Counted from the first letter of the stretch, positions 20,739 to 31,142 are shown. The stretch is DNA of 64,000 bases from an uncultured Phycisphaerales bacterium (GCA_963758525.1 CAVWVQ010000003.1:1792001-1856000), one strand, 5' to 3'. Numbers and translations are program-made. Notes: generated by a model from the letters alone, not told the origin.

Positions 20739-22808
20739 ATGATCCCGCCACTCCCAGCCGATGAATCGCAGCGCTTGGCCGCATTGCGCGAATACCAGGT
20801 TCTCGACACGCCGCCCGAGGAGGCGTTTGATGATTTGGTGAAGGTTGCCGCGGAAGTGTGCCGCTCCCCCGTAGCGCTGATGACGCTGCTCGACGAGAGC
20901 CGGCAATGGTTCAAGGCATGTGTCGGAACGAGCGCGACACATACTGCCCGCGACATTTCCTTTTGCGGGCACGCGATCCTCAGCCACGAAGTCATGATTG
21001 TTCCCGACACGACGCTGGACGCGCGGCTGAAGGACAATCCTGACGTGATCGCGGGGGCCCGCTACCGCTTTTATGCGGGGGCGCCGCTGGTTACGCGCGA
21101 CGGGCATGCCCTGGGGACGTTGTGCGTGCTGGATTATGTCGCGCGAGAGTTGTCCGCCTCGCAGATCGGCGCGCTGCAGGCGCTGAGCCGGCAGGTCATC
21201 TCGCAACTGGAATTGCGTCGGTTGCTGACGGTGTCGCGCAGGGTGGAGTCGGAGATGATTGCCGCCAACGAGGCGGCCGAGCGTGAGCGGCAGGTGTCGG
21301 AGGAGGCCAGCCGTGCAAAGAGCCGGTTTCTGGCGAACATGAGCCACGAGCTGCGGACGCCGTTGAATTCGATCATCGGCTACAGCGAGATGATCGAAGA
21401 GGAGGCGGCGGAGCTGGGGCAGGAGCAGACCGTTTCCGATCTGAAGAAGATTCAGCAGGCCGGTCGGCATCTGCTGCGATTGATCAACGACGTTCTGGAT
21501 TTCTCCAAGATCGAGGCCGGGAAGGCAAGCGTCTTCGTCGAGCCGATTGACGTGCGCCTGATGGTGCGCGATGCGGTTGAAACGATCCGGCCCATGGTCC
21601 AACAGCAACGCAATACCCTCGAGGTTGTCTGCGAGGATCGGATTGGATTGATGGATTCGGATCTGACGAAAATTCGCCAGTGCCTGTTTAACGTGCTGGG
21701 CAACGCGGCGAAGTTCACGGAGGACGGGGTGATTCGTCTCCATGCCGCGCGCGTCCAGCGCGACCACCGCGAATGGATCGAATTTCGGATCAGCGACACC
21801 GGCATCGGGATCAGCGACGAGCAGTGCTCGCGGCTCTTTGCCCCCTTCACGCAGGCCGACCCGGACATGCAGCGCAAGTACGGCGGCACGGGACTGGGCC
21901 TGGCGATCATGCGCCAGTTCTGCTGGCTGATGGGCGGCGACATTGCCGTTGAGAGCGAGCAGGGAAAAGGCGCGACGTTCACGATCCGGCTGCCCGTCCA
22001 CTGTCCGCGGGATGAGCCCGCGCCGGCGCTGGCGGCGCTGACGGCTGCCCTTCCCGCGCCGGGCTCTGCCAAGACCGTGCTGGTGATCGATGATGACGAC
22101 GCGGCGCGCGAGTTGATGGTTCGCCATCTGCAGCGAGAGGGATTCACGGCCGTGGCGGCGTCGTCGGGTCCCGAGGGACTGCGGATTGCCCGGGAGATAC
22201 ATCCCGCGGCGATCACGCTCGATGTGGTGATGCCTCAGATGGACGGATGGGCGGTGCTGGCCGCGCTGAAGGCGGACGCCGAGCTGGCCGCGATTCCGGT
22301 GATCATGCTGAGCATGGTGGATGACAAGCAGATGGGCTACGCGCTGGGAGCGGCCGACTACCTGGTCAAGCCGGTGGGGCGCGGGCAATTGGCCGAGCTG
22401 CTGGACCAATACAAGACGGAGAAGGCCGATCGCCCGGTGCTGGTGGTGGAGGACGACGTCGACACGCGCAACATGCTTTGCCGGACCCTGCAGTTGGAAG
22501 GATGGACGGTGACGTCGGCGGAGGACGGGCAGGACGCGTTGCGGTGCGTCGCCGAGCGCCGGCCCGCGCTGATTTTGCTGGACCTCATGATGCCGCGCAT
22601 GAACGGCTTTGAGTTCATCGCCGAGATGCGCAAAGTGGACAGCTATCGGTCGATTCCGATCGTTGTCGTCACCGCCCGGCACCTCACCGCCGACGATCGC
22701 AACCAACTGGACGGAGCCGTCTACAAAGTGCTTCGCAAAGTGGCTTCAACCCGCGAAGAACTGATGCAGTCGGTCAGCGAGTTGATGAACCGGAGGATTA
22801 AGCGCTGA
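20739..22808 (+). CDS. Hybrid sensor kinase GAF-HisKA-HATPase-REC-REC
   Basis: GAF (RLAALREYQVLDTPPEE, RFYAGAPL); SHELRTPLN; GGTGLGL; two receiver domains. Confidence 0.93.
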   Translation: MIPPLPADESQRLAALREYQVLDTPPEEAFDDLVKVAAEVCRSPVALMTLLDESRQWFKACVGTSATHTARDISFCGHAILSHEVMIVPDTTLDARLKDNPDVIAGARYRFYAGAPLVTRDGHALGTLCVLDYVARELSASQIGALQALSRQVISQLELRRLLTVSRRVESEMIAANEAAERERQVSEEASRAKSRFLANMSHELRTPLNSIIGYSEMIEEEAAELGQEQTVSDLKKIQQAGRHLLRLINDVLDFSKIEAGKASVFVEPIDVRLMVRDAVETIRPMVQQQRNTLEVVCEDRIGLMDSDLTKIRQCLFNVLGNAAKFTEDGVIRLHAARVQRDHREWIEFRISDTGIGISDEQCSRLFAPFTQADPDMQRKYGGTGLGLAIMRQFCWLMGGDIAVESEQGKGATFTIRLPVHCPRDEPAPALAALTAALPAPGSAKTVLVIDDDDAARELMVRHLQREGFTAVAASSGPEGLRIAREIHPAAITLDVVMPQMDGWAVLAALKADAELAAIPVIMLSMVDDKQMGYALGAADYLVKPVGRGQLAELLDQYKTEKADRPVLVVEDDVDTRNMLCRTLQLEGWTVTSAEDGQDALRCVAERRPALILLDLMMPRMNGFEFIAEMRKVDSYRSIPIVVVTARHLTADDRNQLDGAVYKVLRKVASTREELMQSVSELMNRRIKR

Positions 22809-22904
22809 GCGGAACATCGGGCTGAAGCTTGTGGCGGGTGTCTGGCCGCCGGTATCATTTTCATCGATTCAGGGGCGCCAGCCGTTCGACAACGAGTAGG
22901 GAGC

Positions 22905-23348
22905 ATGGTCCATCCAGCCGTTAACCCATCTCCCGACTATTTTCGGCGCGATCAGCTGGCGGGCGTCACGGGGCCGGATCTTCATAAAAGCTGCACCTTC
23001 GCGGAGCACATCGTTCGCGCGCGCGGCAAACGGACCCAGTTCACAAGCGTGACTCTTGCACCCGACAAATGCCACGATTTCGGGGAAAGCATCTATCGTC
23101 TGCTGCGGCCACAAGTCGATAACGCCGGGCATGCCGTCGTGGAACATTCGGCGCTCCTGGCAGCACTCCTGCAGGCGGCGCGGAATGAGGAAAGGGCGGA
23201 GCGAGCGAGGGCCTTACAAGCGATCCGGTACGCAAGAAGGCGATTAGAAGGGCTCGTGAGATGGAGATTCGACGTGTCGCGGATCGAGCGTAAGGATATC
23301 ATCAGTTTTGCCACGACCCAGATTGCCGGGTTCTTTGTGAAAGTGTAG
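22905..23348 (+). CDS. Hypothetical protein with ADP-ribosyltransferase-like (R-S-E) motif pattern
   Basis: GGAG RBS; YFRRD...AEHI...QFTSVT...DFG...RRLEGLV; assignment is inference. Confidence 0.45.
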   Translation: MVHPAVNPSPDYFRRDQLAGVTGPDLHKSCTFAEHIVRARGKRTQFTSVTLAPDKCHDFGESIYRLLRPQVDNAGHAVVEHSALLAALLQAARNEERAERARALQAIRYARRRLEGLVRWRFDVSRIERKDIISFATTQIAGFFVKV

Positions 23349-23350
23349 TC

Positions 23351-24154
23351 ATGGATTCCCTGTTCAGTTGCCGAAACTGCATCCAGAATTGCGGCCAGAG
23401 CCTGAACCTGGGGCGGGGCGCCGGCTACTGCTTGCATCATAATTCGCTGATCCAGGATCCGGAAGACACGACGTGCAAGTACCTGCACCGGCAGGATCTT
23501 CCTCGGTTCGTGGTGGAAGAAGGGCTTGAGGAGCACGCAGTCGAGTTTCTGCAATTCCCGGCAATGGTTACGCTCAGCACGAAGCAACCGCTTCGCAAGC
23601 AGTGGTACAGCGAGCGTGTGGACTGGGAGCGGGGTGAATTTGACCCGCTCGTATTGCTTAGCGCTCGTTACCATCGGGAGAGTCATGCCTGGGTCATGAT
23701 TCAGACGTTGTCGGGGCGGGTAGACGGTCGCGTCTCAATGGCGCACGCGGCGCTGATACGTCGGTACATGCACCAATGCGGCACTTGGACAAGTTCATAC
23801 CGCCTCGTACTTTCTTTGCTCCGTGAACTCGATGCGAAACCGCAGTTTGACCCAGCGGACCTGGTCATTCGGGACGGTGACGACGAGCAATCGGTTGCCG
23901 ATGACGCCGTCTGGGACGTTGTCTTCAGCAGACTTGCGGCGATTCAGGAGTACGGCTGGCATTCGGGGCTCCAAGAGCTGCTCTGGGCCACCGACGGTTT
24001 CAATGGCGCCTTAACTGACTTCGATTGGGATCTGTTGCAGCCCGAACTCGCGGCCAAGAGAAGGACTTGGACAGAGCAAGTCATCGACCATGCAAAGCAA
24101 CAGGGAGAGTTCTTCCCGCCGGTTGTGGTTGAATCACCGGAGGAAAATCGGTGA
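23351..24154 (+). CDS. Hypothetical protein with Cys/His-rich N-terminus
   Basis: 267-aa ORF 2 nt after the previous stop; CRNCIQNC..GYCLHH..TCKYLH. Confidence 0.7.
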   Translation: MDSLFSCRNCIQNCGQSLNLGRGAGYCLHHNSLIQDPEDTTCKYLHRQDLPRFVVEEGLEEHAVEFLQFPAMVTLSTKQPLRKQWYSERVDWERGEFDPLVLLSARYHRESHAWVMIQTLSGRVDGRVSMAHAALIRRYMHQCGTWTSSYRLVLSLLRELDAKPQFDPADLVIRDGDDEQSVADDAVWDVVFSRLAAIQEYGWHSGLQELLWATDGFNGALTDFDWDLLQPELAAKRRTWTEQVIDHAKQQGEFFPPVVVESPEENR

Positions 24155-24167
24155 CTCGCCGACAGTA

Positions 24168-25193
24168 TTACCCTGGAATGGGAAACGTCACTTCAATCCA
24201 CGCGCAGTCGCTTCTGGCCTTGATGATCGGATTCTTCATTGCCGCGGGCAGCAGAACCGTCTCTCCACGTTTGAGAGGCGTGGGTTCCGCGACGCCGTCG
24301 ACGCGAATTTCCGCTTCCCCTTCCAGCATCATCCAGACGACCGGATCGTCGTACGGCACCGGCTGCTCGACGCCATTGCTGAGCTTCACCTTGTCCATGT
24401 TGAAATAGGGACAGGCCACGAGATGCGTTACCGTTGTCGAAGCGGTTGCGAGATGGGTCTGCTCCGGCTGCGGCGCGGGCTTGCCGGAGAAGTCGATGCA
24501 CTGCAGGGCCTGGTCGACGTGCAGCGTTCGGAGCTTGCCGGTCGAGGGATCGACGCGGTTGAAGTCGAACACGCGGAATGTCGTGTCACTGGGGGTCTGG
24601 ACCTCGGCGGCGAGAATCCCGGCGCCCAGCGCGTGAACGGTGCCGCTGGGAAGGTAATAGCATTCGCCTTCCTTGACGGGGATGGATTTGAGAAAGCGTT
24701 CGCTCGTGCCATCGCTTAGGGACGCGCGGTATTGATCTTTGCTGACGCCCGGGGCGAGGCCCTTGAAGATGCGCGCGCCGGGATCATTTTCGAGAACGTA
24801 CCAGGCCTCGCTCTTCAAATGCGCTTTGGGATGCGCGTCGGCATATTCCTGCGGAGGATGCACCTGCACGGACAGATCCTCGCGCGCATCGAGAAACTTG
24901 ATGAGAATGGGAAACTGGCCCGCGCCGGCGAGTGGGACGTTGCCTGTCAAATCGCGGCCGAACTCCGCGACTGCCCAATGGAGCGACTTGCCGGCGAGCG
25001 GGCCGTTAGCGATCCGGGCACTGACCCAATCGCTGGTTTTCTCCACCACGCCGGGCGGGAAATCAAACAACTCCCAGCTTTCGCCGATCGGCTTGTTGGG
25101 CGGGAGAGGCTTGCCGAGCACCGTTTCAATTTTCCGTCCGCCCCACATCTTCTCAACCAGACGGGGGTGAAACTTCAGAGGGTATAACGCCAT
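24168..25193 (-). CDS. manA: Type I mannose-6-phosphate isomerase
   Basis: WGGR, IGESWEL, FPILIKFLDAREDLSVQVHP, KSEAWY, PSGTVHA, EVQ..SDTTFRVFDFNR. Confidence 0.9.
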   Translation of the reverse strand: MALYPLKFHPRLVEKMWGGRKIETVLGKPLPPNKPIGESWELFDFPPGVVEKTSDWVSARIANGPLAGKSLHWAVAEFGRDLTGNVPLAGAGQFPILIKFLDAREDLSVQVHPPQEYADAHPKAHLKSEAWYVLENDPGARIFKGLAPGVSKDQYRASLSDGTSERFLKSIPVKEGECYYLPSGTVHALGAGILAAEVQTPSDTTFRVFDFNRVDPSTGKLRTLHVDQALQCIDFSGKPAPQPEQTHLATASTTVTHLVACPYFNMDKVKLSNGVEQPVPYDDPVVWMMLEGEAEIRVDGVAEPTPLKRGETVLLPAAMKNPIIKARSDCAWIEVTFPIPG

Positions 25194-25235
25194 GCCCCGT
25201 GTTGTAGCGGAAAAAGTCGAGAGGGGAAGCCTTGA

Positions 25236-25311
25236 GGGTATCAGGGTGTCAGGGTTCAGGGTGTCAGGGTTCAGCGGGAACACGACGACTGAACCCTGCG
25301 CCCTGACACCC
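25236..25311. repeat. Periodic inverted repeat of the CAGGGTGT/CAGGGTT family
   Basis: TCAGGGTGTCAGGGTTCAGGGTGTCAGGGTTCAG ... CTGAACCCTG..CCCTGACACC; related half-site at 18079-18101. Confidence 0.7.
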
Positions 25312-25381
25312 TCGCGTCGAATGCAAATCCAATACGTGCTCCGCTGCGCGTCGCGGCTAACCTCGGGGGCCTCGCTGCAAC

Positions 25382-25585
25382 TCATTGATTGTCGGTCGTC
25401 TTGGATTTTTCCGTGACTACGTCGCCGTTGGGGGCAACCTTTTTCACGGTCTCTTCATGGGTCGTGGTGCCGTCGGAATGTTGGACGGTTGTCTCATCGC
25501 GCTTGACCTCGCGATCACATCCGACCACCATCGGGAGAGCGACCAACATGGACACGGACAACGCGGTTGACACGAGCTTACGCAT
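25382..25585 (-). CDS. Small predicted lipoprotein
   Basis: GAGGAG RBS; MRKLVSTALSVSMLVALPMVVGC lipobox-like signal. Confidence 0.7.
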   Translation of the reverse strand: MRKLVSTALSVSMLVALPMVVGCDREVKRDETTVQHSDGTTTHEETVKKVAPNGDVVTEKSKTTDNQ

Positions 25586-25724
25586 ACACTGCTCCTCTTG
25601 TGTTAGGTTCCACCACATAAGGCTGAGCAAAGGTGGGGCCAGCATGCGGATGACTCCGCCCACGCGTCAGCGTCCTGAAATCGCTACTGTCGAGTCCGTT
25701 TATTCCGATTAGCTGGAGATTCCC

Positions 25725-26081
25725 ATGGCAGATACGACACAAGAGACGCCGACGACAATCAACTACGACGATTTCGCAAAACTGGATCTACGCGTGGCAA
25801 CGGTCGTCGAATGCGTGGCGCATCCGAATGCGGACAAGCTGCTGCTGCTGAAAGTGGATATTGCCGGCGAGCGCCGGCAGATTTGCGCCGGGCTTCGCGC
25901 GCACTATCAGCCGGAGCAGCTTGTCGGGAAGCAGATCATTGTTGTGGCGAATCTCGCTCCGCGGCAGATGCGCGGCGAGATCAGCCAGGGGATGCTCCTG
26001 GCCGCGACGGATCCGGCGACGTCGCGCGTGGTATTTATCGCGCCGAGCGAGGCCGTGGCATCGGGGGCGAAGGTGAGCTGA
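25725..26081 (+). CDS. Stand-alone MetG C-terminal / Trbp111-like tRNA-binding OB-fold protein
   Basis: DDFAKLDLRVA, HPNADKLL, VANLAPRQMRGEISQGMLLAA. Confidence 0.9.
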   Translation: MADTTQETPTTINYDDFAKLDLRVATVVECVAHPNADKLLLLKVDIAGERRQICAGLRAHYQPEQLVGKQIIVVANLAPRQMRGEISQGMLLAATDPATSRVVFIAPSEAVASGAKVS

Positions 26082-26142
26082 ACGGCGCTTCGCTTCGAAA
26101 CCCGAATTCCGGAACCAGAATGTCGAATCAACCAGGCATCCT

Positions 26143-26439
26143 TCACATTTTCGCGGCGAGAACGTCCACCTTCTCAATCACTGGCGGCTTTGCGAGCAAC
26201 TCTCCCGCCTTGGCCATCAGGGCAGCTGCAATCGGCCCGGTGAGGTGAGCGGTTCGCCCGGCTTCGTCATCGAACGTGTCGAAGATGCCGAACGTCGACG
26301 GACCGATCTTGATCGCGAACCACGTTGTGGTTCCCTTCTCCTGCTGAGCCAGCGGCAGTGCCCCGGCGAGAAAGTGTTCGACCTCGGCCTCTTTGCCTTT
26401 TTTAGCTTCCACGCGCGCGAGAATTCCATACTTCGCCAT
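26143..26439 (-). CDS. Antibiotic biosynthesis monooxygenase (ABM) family protein
   Basis: ALPLAQQEKGTTTWFA..FGIFDTFDDEAGR.AHL.G. Confidence 0.85.
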   Translation of the reverse strand: MAKYGILARVEAKKGKEAEVEHFLAGALPLAQQEKGTTTWFAIKIGPSTFGIFDTFDDEAGRTAHLTGPIAAALMAKAGELLAKPPVIEKVDVLAAKM

Positions 26440-26479
26440 GACGATCTCCTTTGGTTACTGCGGATTCTAGGCCCGCGTC

Positions 26480-26581
26480 GTACCACGGGTTTCCAACCCG
26501 TGCCTGCATCTTTTTTTAGGCGGGCAATCTGCCATTTCTTCACTGCTGTTATGATTCGCACCGGTTGGAAACCCGTGATAC
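26480..26581. repeat. REP-like inverted pair
   Basis: GTACCACGGGTTTCCAACCCGTG ... CACCGGTTGGAAACCCGTGATAC. Confidence 0.7.
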
Positions 26582-26791
26582 ATGAAAAAACGTAAACGCC
26601 GCCGACCGGCTGACGACGCCTCGTATGTCTGCCCGACGTGCGGCGAGCAGATCGTCGTTCCCATCGACGTCTCGGGCGGACGCGACCAGCAATACGTTGA
26701 AGACTGCCCGGTCTGCTGCAATCCGAATGTGATTCACGTCGAATTCTTCGGCGAGGGCGAGCCGCCAAGGATCTGGGCGGATGCGGAATGA
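26582..26791 (+). CDS. CPXCG motif cysteine-rich protein
   Basis: CPTCGE...QQYVEDCPVCCNPN. Confidence 0.88.
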   Translation: MKKRKRRRPADDASYVCPTCGEQIVVPIDVSGGRDQQYVEDCPVCCNPNVIHVEFFGEGEPPRIWADAE

Positions 26792-26798
26792 ATGATCG

Positions 26799-27854
26799 TT
26801 ACTCCGCCCAGCCGTGGGCATCTCTCACTTTGAGCATCGCCGCGAGGATGTCATTCCACGTCTTCGGCTGTTTCATGACGGCGTTGGGAAACATGCAGCC
26901 GTCCCAGCAGATGTGGCGGAAGGCCTTGGTGACCTGGCCCATTTCATCGCGGAGCCAGTAGCCGGCCTCGCGGGGGATGTTGAGTTTGCCGTTCGGATCG
27001 CTGGCGAGGCAGTGCCGGCCGGTCTTGTCGTGGGAGCCGGAGCCTTTGACGGTGGCGTCGTTTTGGGCGACGTGAAAGTCGATTGTCCAGGGGCGCAGGG
27101 CGGCGGTGAGCTGTCGGTACGCCTGATCGAACTGCTTGTCGTTTTTCCAATCAAAGCTGGCGGGAAGCAGCGCGTCTTCGGGGGCGTTGTAGCCGAGCAC
27201 GTAGAGAAGCGTGTGCGCCATGTCGGCCTGGAATCCGATCACGCCGGGGCGGTCCACGAGCTCGAGCAACTCGACCATGCTTCTCCAACTGTGCATGCCG
27301 CCCCAGCAGATTTCTCCCTCGGCGGCGAGGCGCTCGCCGAACTCCGCCGCCACATCGCAGGCTTCGCGGAAGGTCTGGGCGATCAACTTCTGATTGGCTG
27401 GCGGGTCGCTGTACCAGGCATCGGGACTGGCCGCCGAGTCAATGCGGATGACGCCGTGCGGACGTACGCCAAGCTCGCGCAGCCTGCGGGCGATGCGGGC
27501 GGCTTTACGCACCTGGTCGACGAATTTTTTGCGTTCTTCGGGTCCGCCCATCGCGGAGCCGCCGCCGGTCGGCGGCCAGACCGGCGCGACGACGGAGCCG
27601 ACCATCAGATTGCGCGACTGCACTTTTTCGGCCAGGCGTTTGAGCTCGTCTTCGGACGCATCGATATTGACGTGCGGATCGAAGAGGAACAGATCGACGC
27701 CATCGAAGTGCACGCCATCCACTTCCGCGGCGGCGGTGAAATCGAGCATGGTGTCGAGGTCGAACGCCGGCTCGGAGTCGGGGCCCTTGCCGACGAGTCC
27801 AGGCCAGGCGGCGTTGTGGAGCTTGGGGAAGTTGTTCACGTGCGATGATGGCAT
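26799..27854 (-). CDS. Xylose isomerase-like TIM barrel protein
   Basis: [27 protein letters not shown] metal-ligand pattern. Confidence 0.8.
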   Translation of the reverse strand: MPSSHVNNFPKLHNAAWPGLVGKGPDSEPAFDLDTMLDFTAAAEVDGVHFDGVDLFLFDPHVNIDASEDELKRLAEKVQSRNLMVGSVVAPVWPPTGGGSAMGGPEERKKFVDQVRKAARIARRLRELGVRPHGVIRIDSAASPDAWYSDPPANQKLIAQTFREACDVAAEFGERLAAEGEICWGGMHSWRSMVELLELVDRPGVIGFQADMAHTLLYVLGYNAPEDALLPASFDWKNDKQFDQAYRQLTAALRPWTIDFHVAQNDATVKGSGSHDKTGRHCLASDPNGKLNIPREAGYWLRDEMGQVTKAFRHICWDGCMFPNAVMKQPKTWNDILAAMLKVRDAHGWAE

Positions 27855-28075
27855 GAAATCTCCTGATCAACTTGATGATGGGAACATCGGGGCGCTCCGC
27901 GAAGGGGCGAGCCACGGCGGTGTGGTTTGGCGAAGTTGGCTCGACGCGACGTTCGAACGTTGGCTCTCAATGACAATCCGAAATTTGAGATTTGAAATAT
28001 TGCAATCCTCAATTGCAACGCCTCTTTCGTCCCCGCTTCGCGTCTTCCTTCGCGTCTTCGCGCCCTCGCGGTTCT

Positions 28076-29329
28076 TCAAGTATGGTGTCCAATATTTGGC
28101 GCATCCGGATTCACCTCCGGTCCGAAGTACCGCAGGCAGACCAGCGGCTCGGTTGCGGAAGTATTCTCAAACTCCACTCCGGCGTTGGCCGCGCTCTCCG
28201 TGCAGAACACTTCGTCTTCGGTCAGTTCGTGGAAGCGAATCATCTTGGGGCAGTTGAGCCGAAGCTTGTTCATTCGGCCTTCGCCGGCGACGACGATAAG
28301 GCCGTATGCGCCCTTGTCCTTCACGGTGCATTTTACGCCGGGTTCGATGGTCAGTTCCTTGGCGGTGAACACCTGCTCGCCATGCACTTTCCCGTAGACG
28401 ATCCAGCGATCGACGTAGCCCTGGAATGCTGTGTCCCCCACGGCGATCGGCTCGAGATAATGGTTCTTCTTGAAATCCGGATCGACGTTGGCCTCCCAGT
28501 CGAGCTGCTCCACGATGAAGTCCAGATCGCGATGTTTCTCCTTCGGCATGTCCTTCACGAGCAGCCCCCAGGGAACTTCGCGCCCCTCGACCAGAGACTG
28601 ATACATCCCGAAGACATCCGAGCCCCACTGCGGCTCGTAGGTGCAGAGCGATCCGGGCGCGTGCAGGATGCACGGGCCCACGAGCCAGCCGGTGCCGGGC
28701 TGGAGACGATAGGCCGCCGAGAGATCGAGAATTCCGTTGTCCCCTTTATTCCAGTCTTCCAGGCACTTGCGCACCTGGGCCTTGGTCGTGCCGGGGCTGA
28801 GGCCGAAGAACGTGTAGGGAAAATTGTTGCCGACGTTGTTGTGCTGCGGCGGATAGTAATAGCTCTCCGGCTTCCCCTCCTGCCCCACGAGCGCTGCCTG
28901 CGCCTTCGATTGGTGCATGTGATGCGGAATGGGCCCCATGTTGTCGAAGAACTTCGAGTAGACTGGCCATTTCTTGTACTTCTCCCAGATGGCACGGCCG
29001 ATCAGTTGATCGCCCAATTCCGATACCGCGTCGGCGAGCGTGAATCGCTTGCCCGATGACACGACGTAACTCAAGCCCTCGTCTGGCGTCCGATTTTCGT
29101 TGGCACAGGGAGTGGTCGAGGCAAACCAGCGTTCGTCAATTCCGCCACGATTGAGGCCAAACGCATAGAGATCCTGCGGCGCGAGCTTGAGCCGTTTTCC
29201 CGGCTGCAGAAAAGATCGCGGCACCCAGCACGGCGCGAGACGGAGCAGGCCGCCGCCGTCGTCGAGGGCGGCTTCGGTCAGGGATTTGACGTTGGACGAT
29301 ACGGTCGTGAGATCTTTGACACTCTTCAT
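28076..29329 (-). CDS. PMI-like cupin protein of unknown substrate
   Basis: KFFDNMGPIPHHMHQ, GKPESYY, LHAPGSLCTYEPQWGSDV. Confidence 0.65.
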   Translation of the reverse strand: MKSVKDLTTVSSNVKSLTEAALDDGGGLLRLAPCWVPRSFLQPGKRLKLAPQDLYAFGLNRGGIDERWFASTTPCANENRTPDEGLSYVVSSGKRFTLADAVSELGDQLIGRAIWEKYKKWPVYSKFFDNMGPIPHHMHQSKAQAALVGQEGKPESYYYPPQHNNVGNNFPYTFFGLSPGTTKAQVRKCLEDWNKGDNGILDLSAAYRLQPGTGWLVGPCILHAPGSLCTYEPQWGSDVFGMYQSLVEGREVPWGLLVKDMPKEKHRDLDFIVEQLDWEANVDPDFKKNHYLEPIAVGDTAFQGYVDRWIVYGKVHGEQVFTAKELTIEPGVKCTVKDKGAYGLIVVAGEGRMNKLRLNCPKMIRFHELTEDEVFCTESAANAGVEFENTSATEPLVCLRYFGPEVNPDAPNIGHHT

Positions 29330-29449
29330 GAACTAACTCCTCGCTTCGCCATGCTGGCAGCATTTCTTGGGGGACGCAAAATGTAACTCATGCCGCCGTA
29401 AAGACAATCCGAGGCGGAGAAGCGACGGCGTGCATATCAGATTCGGCAT

Positions 29450-29517
29450 GTAGGGCGGGATTCATTCCGCCGTTGTCGTTTGGCGTCCGAGGAGCGGCGG
29501 GATGAATCCCGCCCTAC
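29450..29517. repeat. GTAG-type REP inverted pair
   Basis: GTAGGGCGGGATTCATTCCGCC ... GGCGGGATGAATCCCGCCCTAC; near-identical arms at 61355-61422. Confidence 0.85.
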
Positions 29518-29650
29518 TCAGATCACGCTGAGGCATAGAGGTTTCCTCCTCACAGTGCTTCTCTCCTCCGCGGCACCGAGCGAGCCCCAGTCGCGCTGGC
29601 GGAGGCTGCCGGTGCTTGACGCGGATCGGCGGCGGGTCTATCAGACCGCG

Positions 29651-31030
29651 ATGCACAAGACCGTCGTGATCAACGCGGTGGGACTCACGCCGGGGTTGAT
29701 CGGGGAGTACACGCCACGATTGCGCGCCTTTGTCGCTGCCGGCGCAATGGCGCCGATCGGCTCGGTCCTCCCGGCGGTGACGACTACGGTTCAATCCACC
29801 TATCTCACCGGAACCTGGCCAAACGAGCATGGAATCGTCGGAAACGGCTGGTATTTCCGCGACGAGTGCGAGATCAAGTTCTGGAAGCAGTCCAACAAGC
29901 TGGTGCAGAAGCCGAAGATCTGGGACGCGGCCCGGGCGATCGATCCGTCGTTCACCTGCGCGAATCTCTTCTGGTGGTACAACATGTATTCGTCGGCGGA
30001 TTACGCGGTGACGCCGCGTCCGATGTATCCGGCGGACGGACGCAAGCTGCCGGATGTCTGGACCCATCCGACGGAACTCCGCGCATCGCTGCAGAATCAG
30101 CTCGGGCGATTTCCGCTCTTCAAATTCTGGGGGCCGGCGACGTCCATCGATGTCAGCCGATGGATCGCCCAGAGCGCTTTGCGGCTCGACCAACAATTCG
30201 ATCCGACGCTCACGTTGACCTACCTCCCGCACCTCGATTACTCCATGCAACGATTGGGTCCCGACGCGCACGCGAATGCACAGGATCTGCGCGACCTCGA
30301 CGCAGTCTGCGGCATGCTCATCGACCATTACAGCGAACGAGGCGCGAGCGTGGTGGTGCTGTCGGAGTATGGAATCACGCCGGTTTCCCGGCCCATTCAT
30401 CTCAACCGGGTGCTCCGGGAAAATGGATACCTTGCGATCCGCGAGGAGATGGGCGGGGAGCTGCTCGACCCCGGAGCCAGCGCCGCATTCGCGGTGGCCG
30501 ATCATCAGATCGCCCACGTGTACGTCAACGATCGCTCTCGTCTCGCGGAAGTTCGGCGGCTCGTGGAGAAGACCGATGGGATCGAGCGCGTTCTCGACGA
30601 GGGGGGAAAGCGGACCGCGCATCTCGATCATGAGCGGAGCGGAGAGCTCGTGGCGATTGCCGCGCCGGATGCTTGGTTCAGTTATTACTACTGGCTCGAT
30701 GAAGCGCGCATGCCGGATTTTGCGCGGACGGTGGATATCCACCGCAAGCCGGGATACGACCCGGTGGAATTGTTTTACGATCAGCGCCTCAAATCCCCGC
30801 AGGCCAAGGCCGCCTGGATTCTATTGCGGCGGAAGCTCGGGTTTCGTGGGCTGATGAACGTGATTTCGACTGACGCCAACCTGGTCCGCGGCTCGCACGG
30901 CCGCGAGTCCGCATCGGCGGACGCCGGACCACTCTTTGCAACCAATCGGCGGGACCTACTGATGACTCCGGTGATACCGCCGCCCCAGGTTTTTTCGCTG
31001 CTTCTTTCCCATCTTACCGACAAACTATAG
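29651..31030 (+). CDS. Alkaline phosphatase superfamily nucleotide pyrophosphatase (EboF-like)
   Basis: VVINAVGLT, LPAVT, HGIVGNGWYFRD, YLPHLDY, SEYGI, DIHRKPGYDP, GSHG. Confidence 0.85.
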   Translation: MHKTVVINAVGLTPGLIGEYTPRLRAFVAAGAMAPIGSVLPAVTTTVQSTYLTGTWPNEHGIVGNGWYFRDECEIKFWKQSNKLVQKPKIWDAARAIDPSFTCANLFWWYNMYSSADYAVTPRPMYPADGRKLPDVWTHPTELRASLQNQLGRFPLFKFWGPATSIDVSRWIAQSALRLDQQFDPTLTLTYLPHLDYSMQRLGPDAHANAQDLRDLDAVCGMLIDHYSERGASVVVLSEYGITPVSRPIHLNRVLRENGYLAIREEMGGELLDPGASAAFAVADHQIAHVYVNDRSRLAEVRRLVEKTDGIERVLDEGGKRTAHLDHERSGELVAIAAPDAWFSYYYWLDEARMPDFARTVDIHRKPGYDPVELFYDQRLKSPQAKAAWILLRRKLGFRGLMNVISTDANLVRGSHGRESASADAGPLFATNRRDLLMTPVIPPPQVFSLLLSHLTDKL

Positions 31031-31142
31031 ACTTTCTAAAAAATTGGGTGTACAAGCTGAACAGCTTATTGGACGCGCAGAATTTTCTTCCTCCCCGCGC
31101 TGAGATTCGATATAATTCGTTGCGTTCTGGAGGTCGAGTTGT

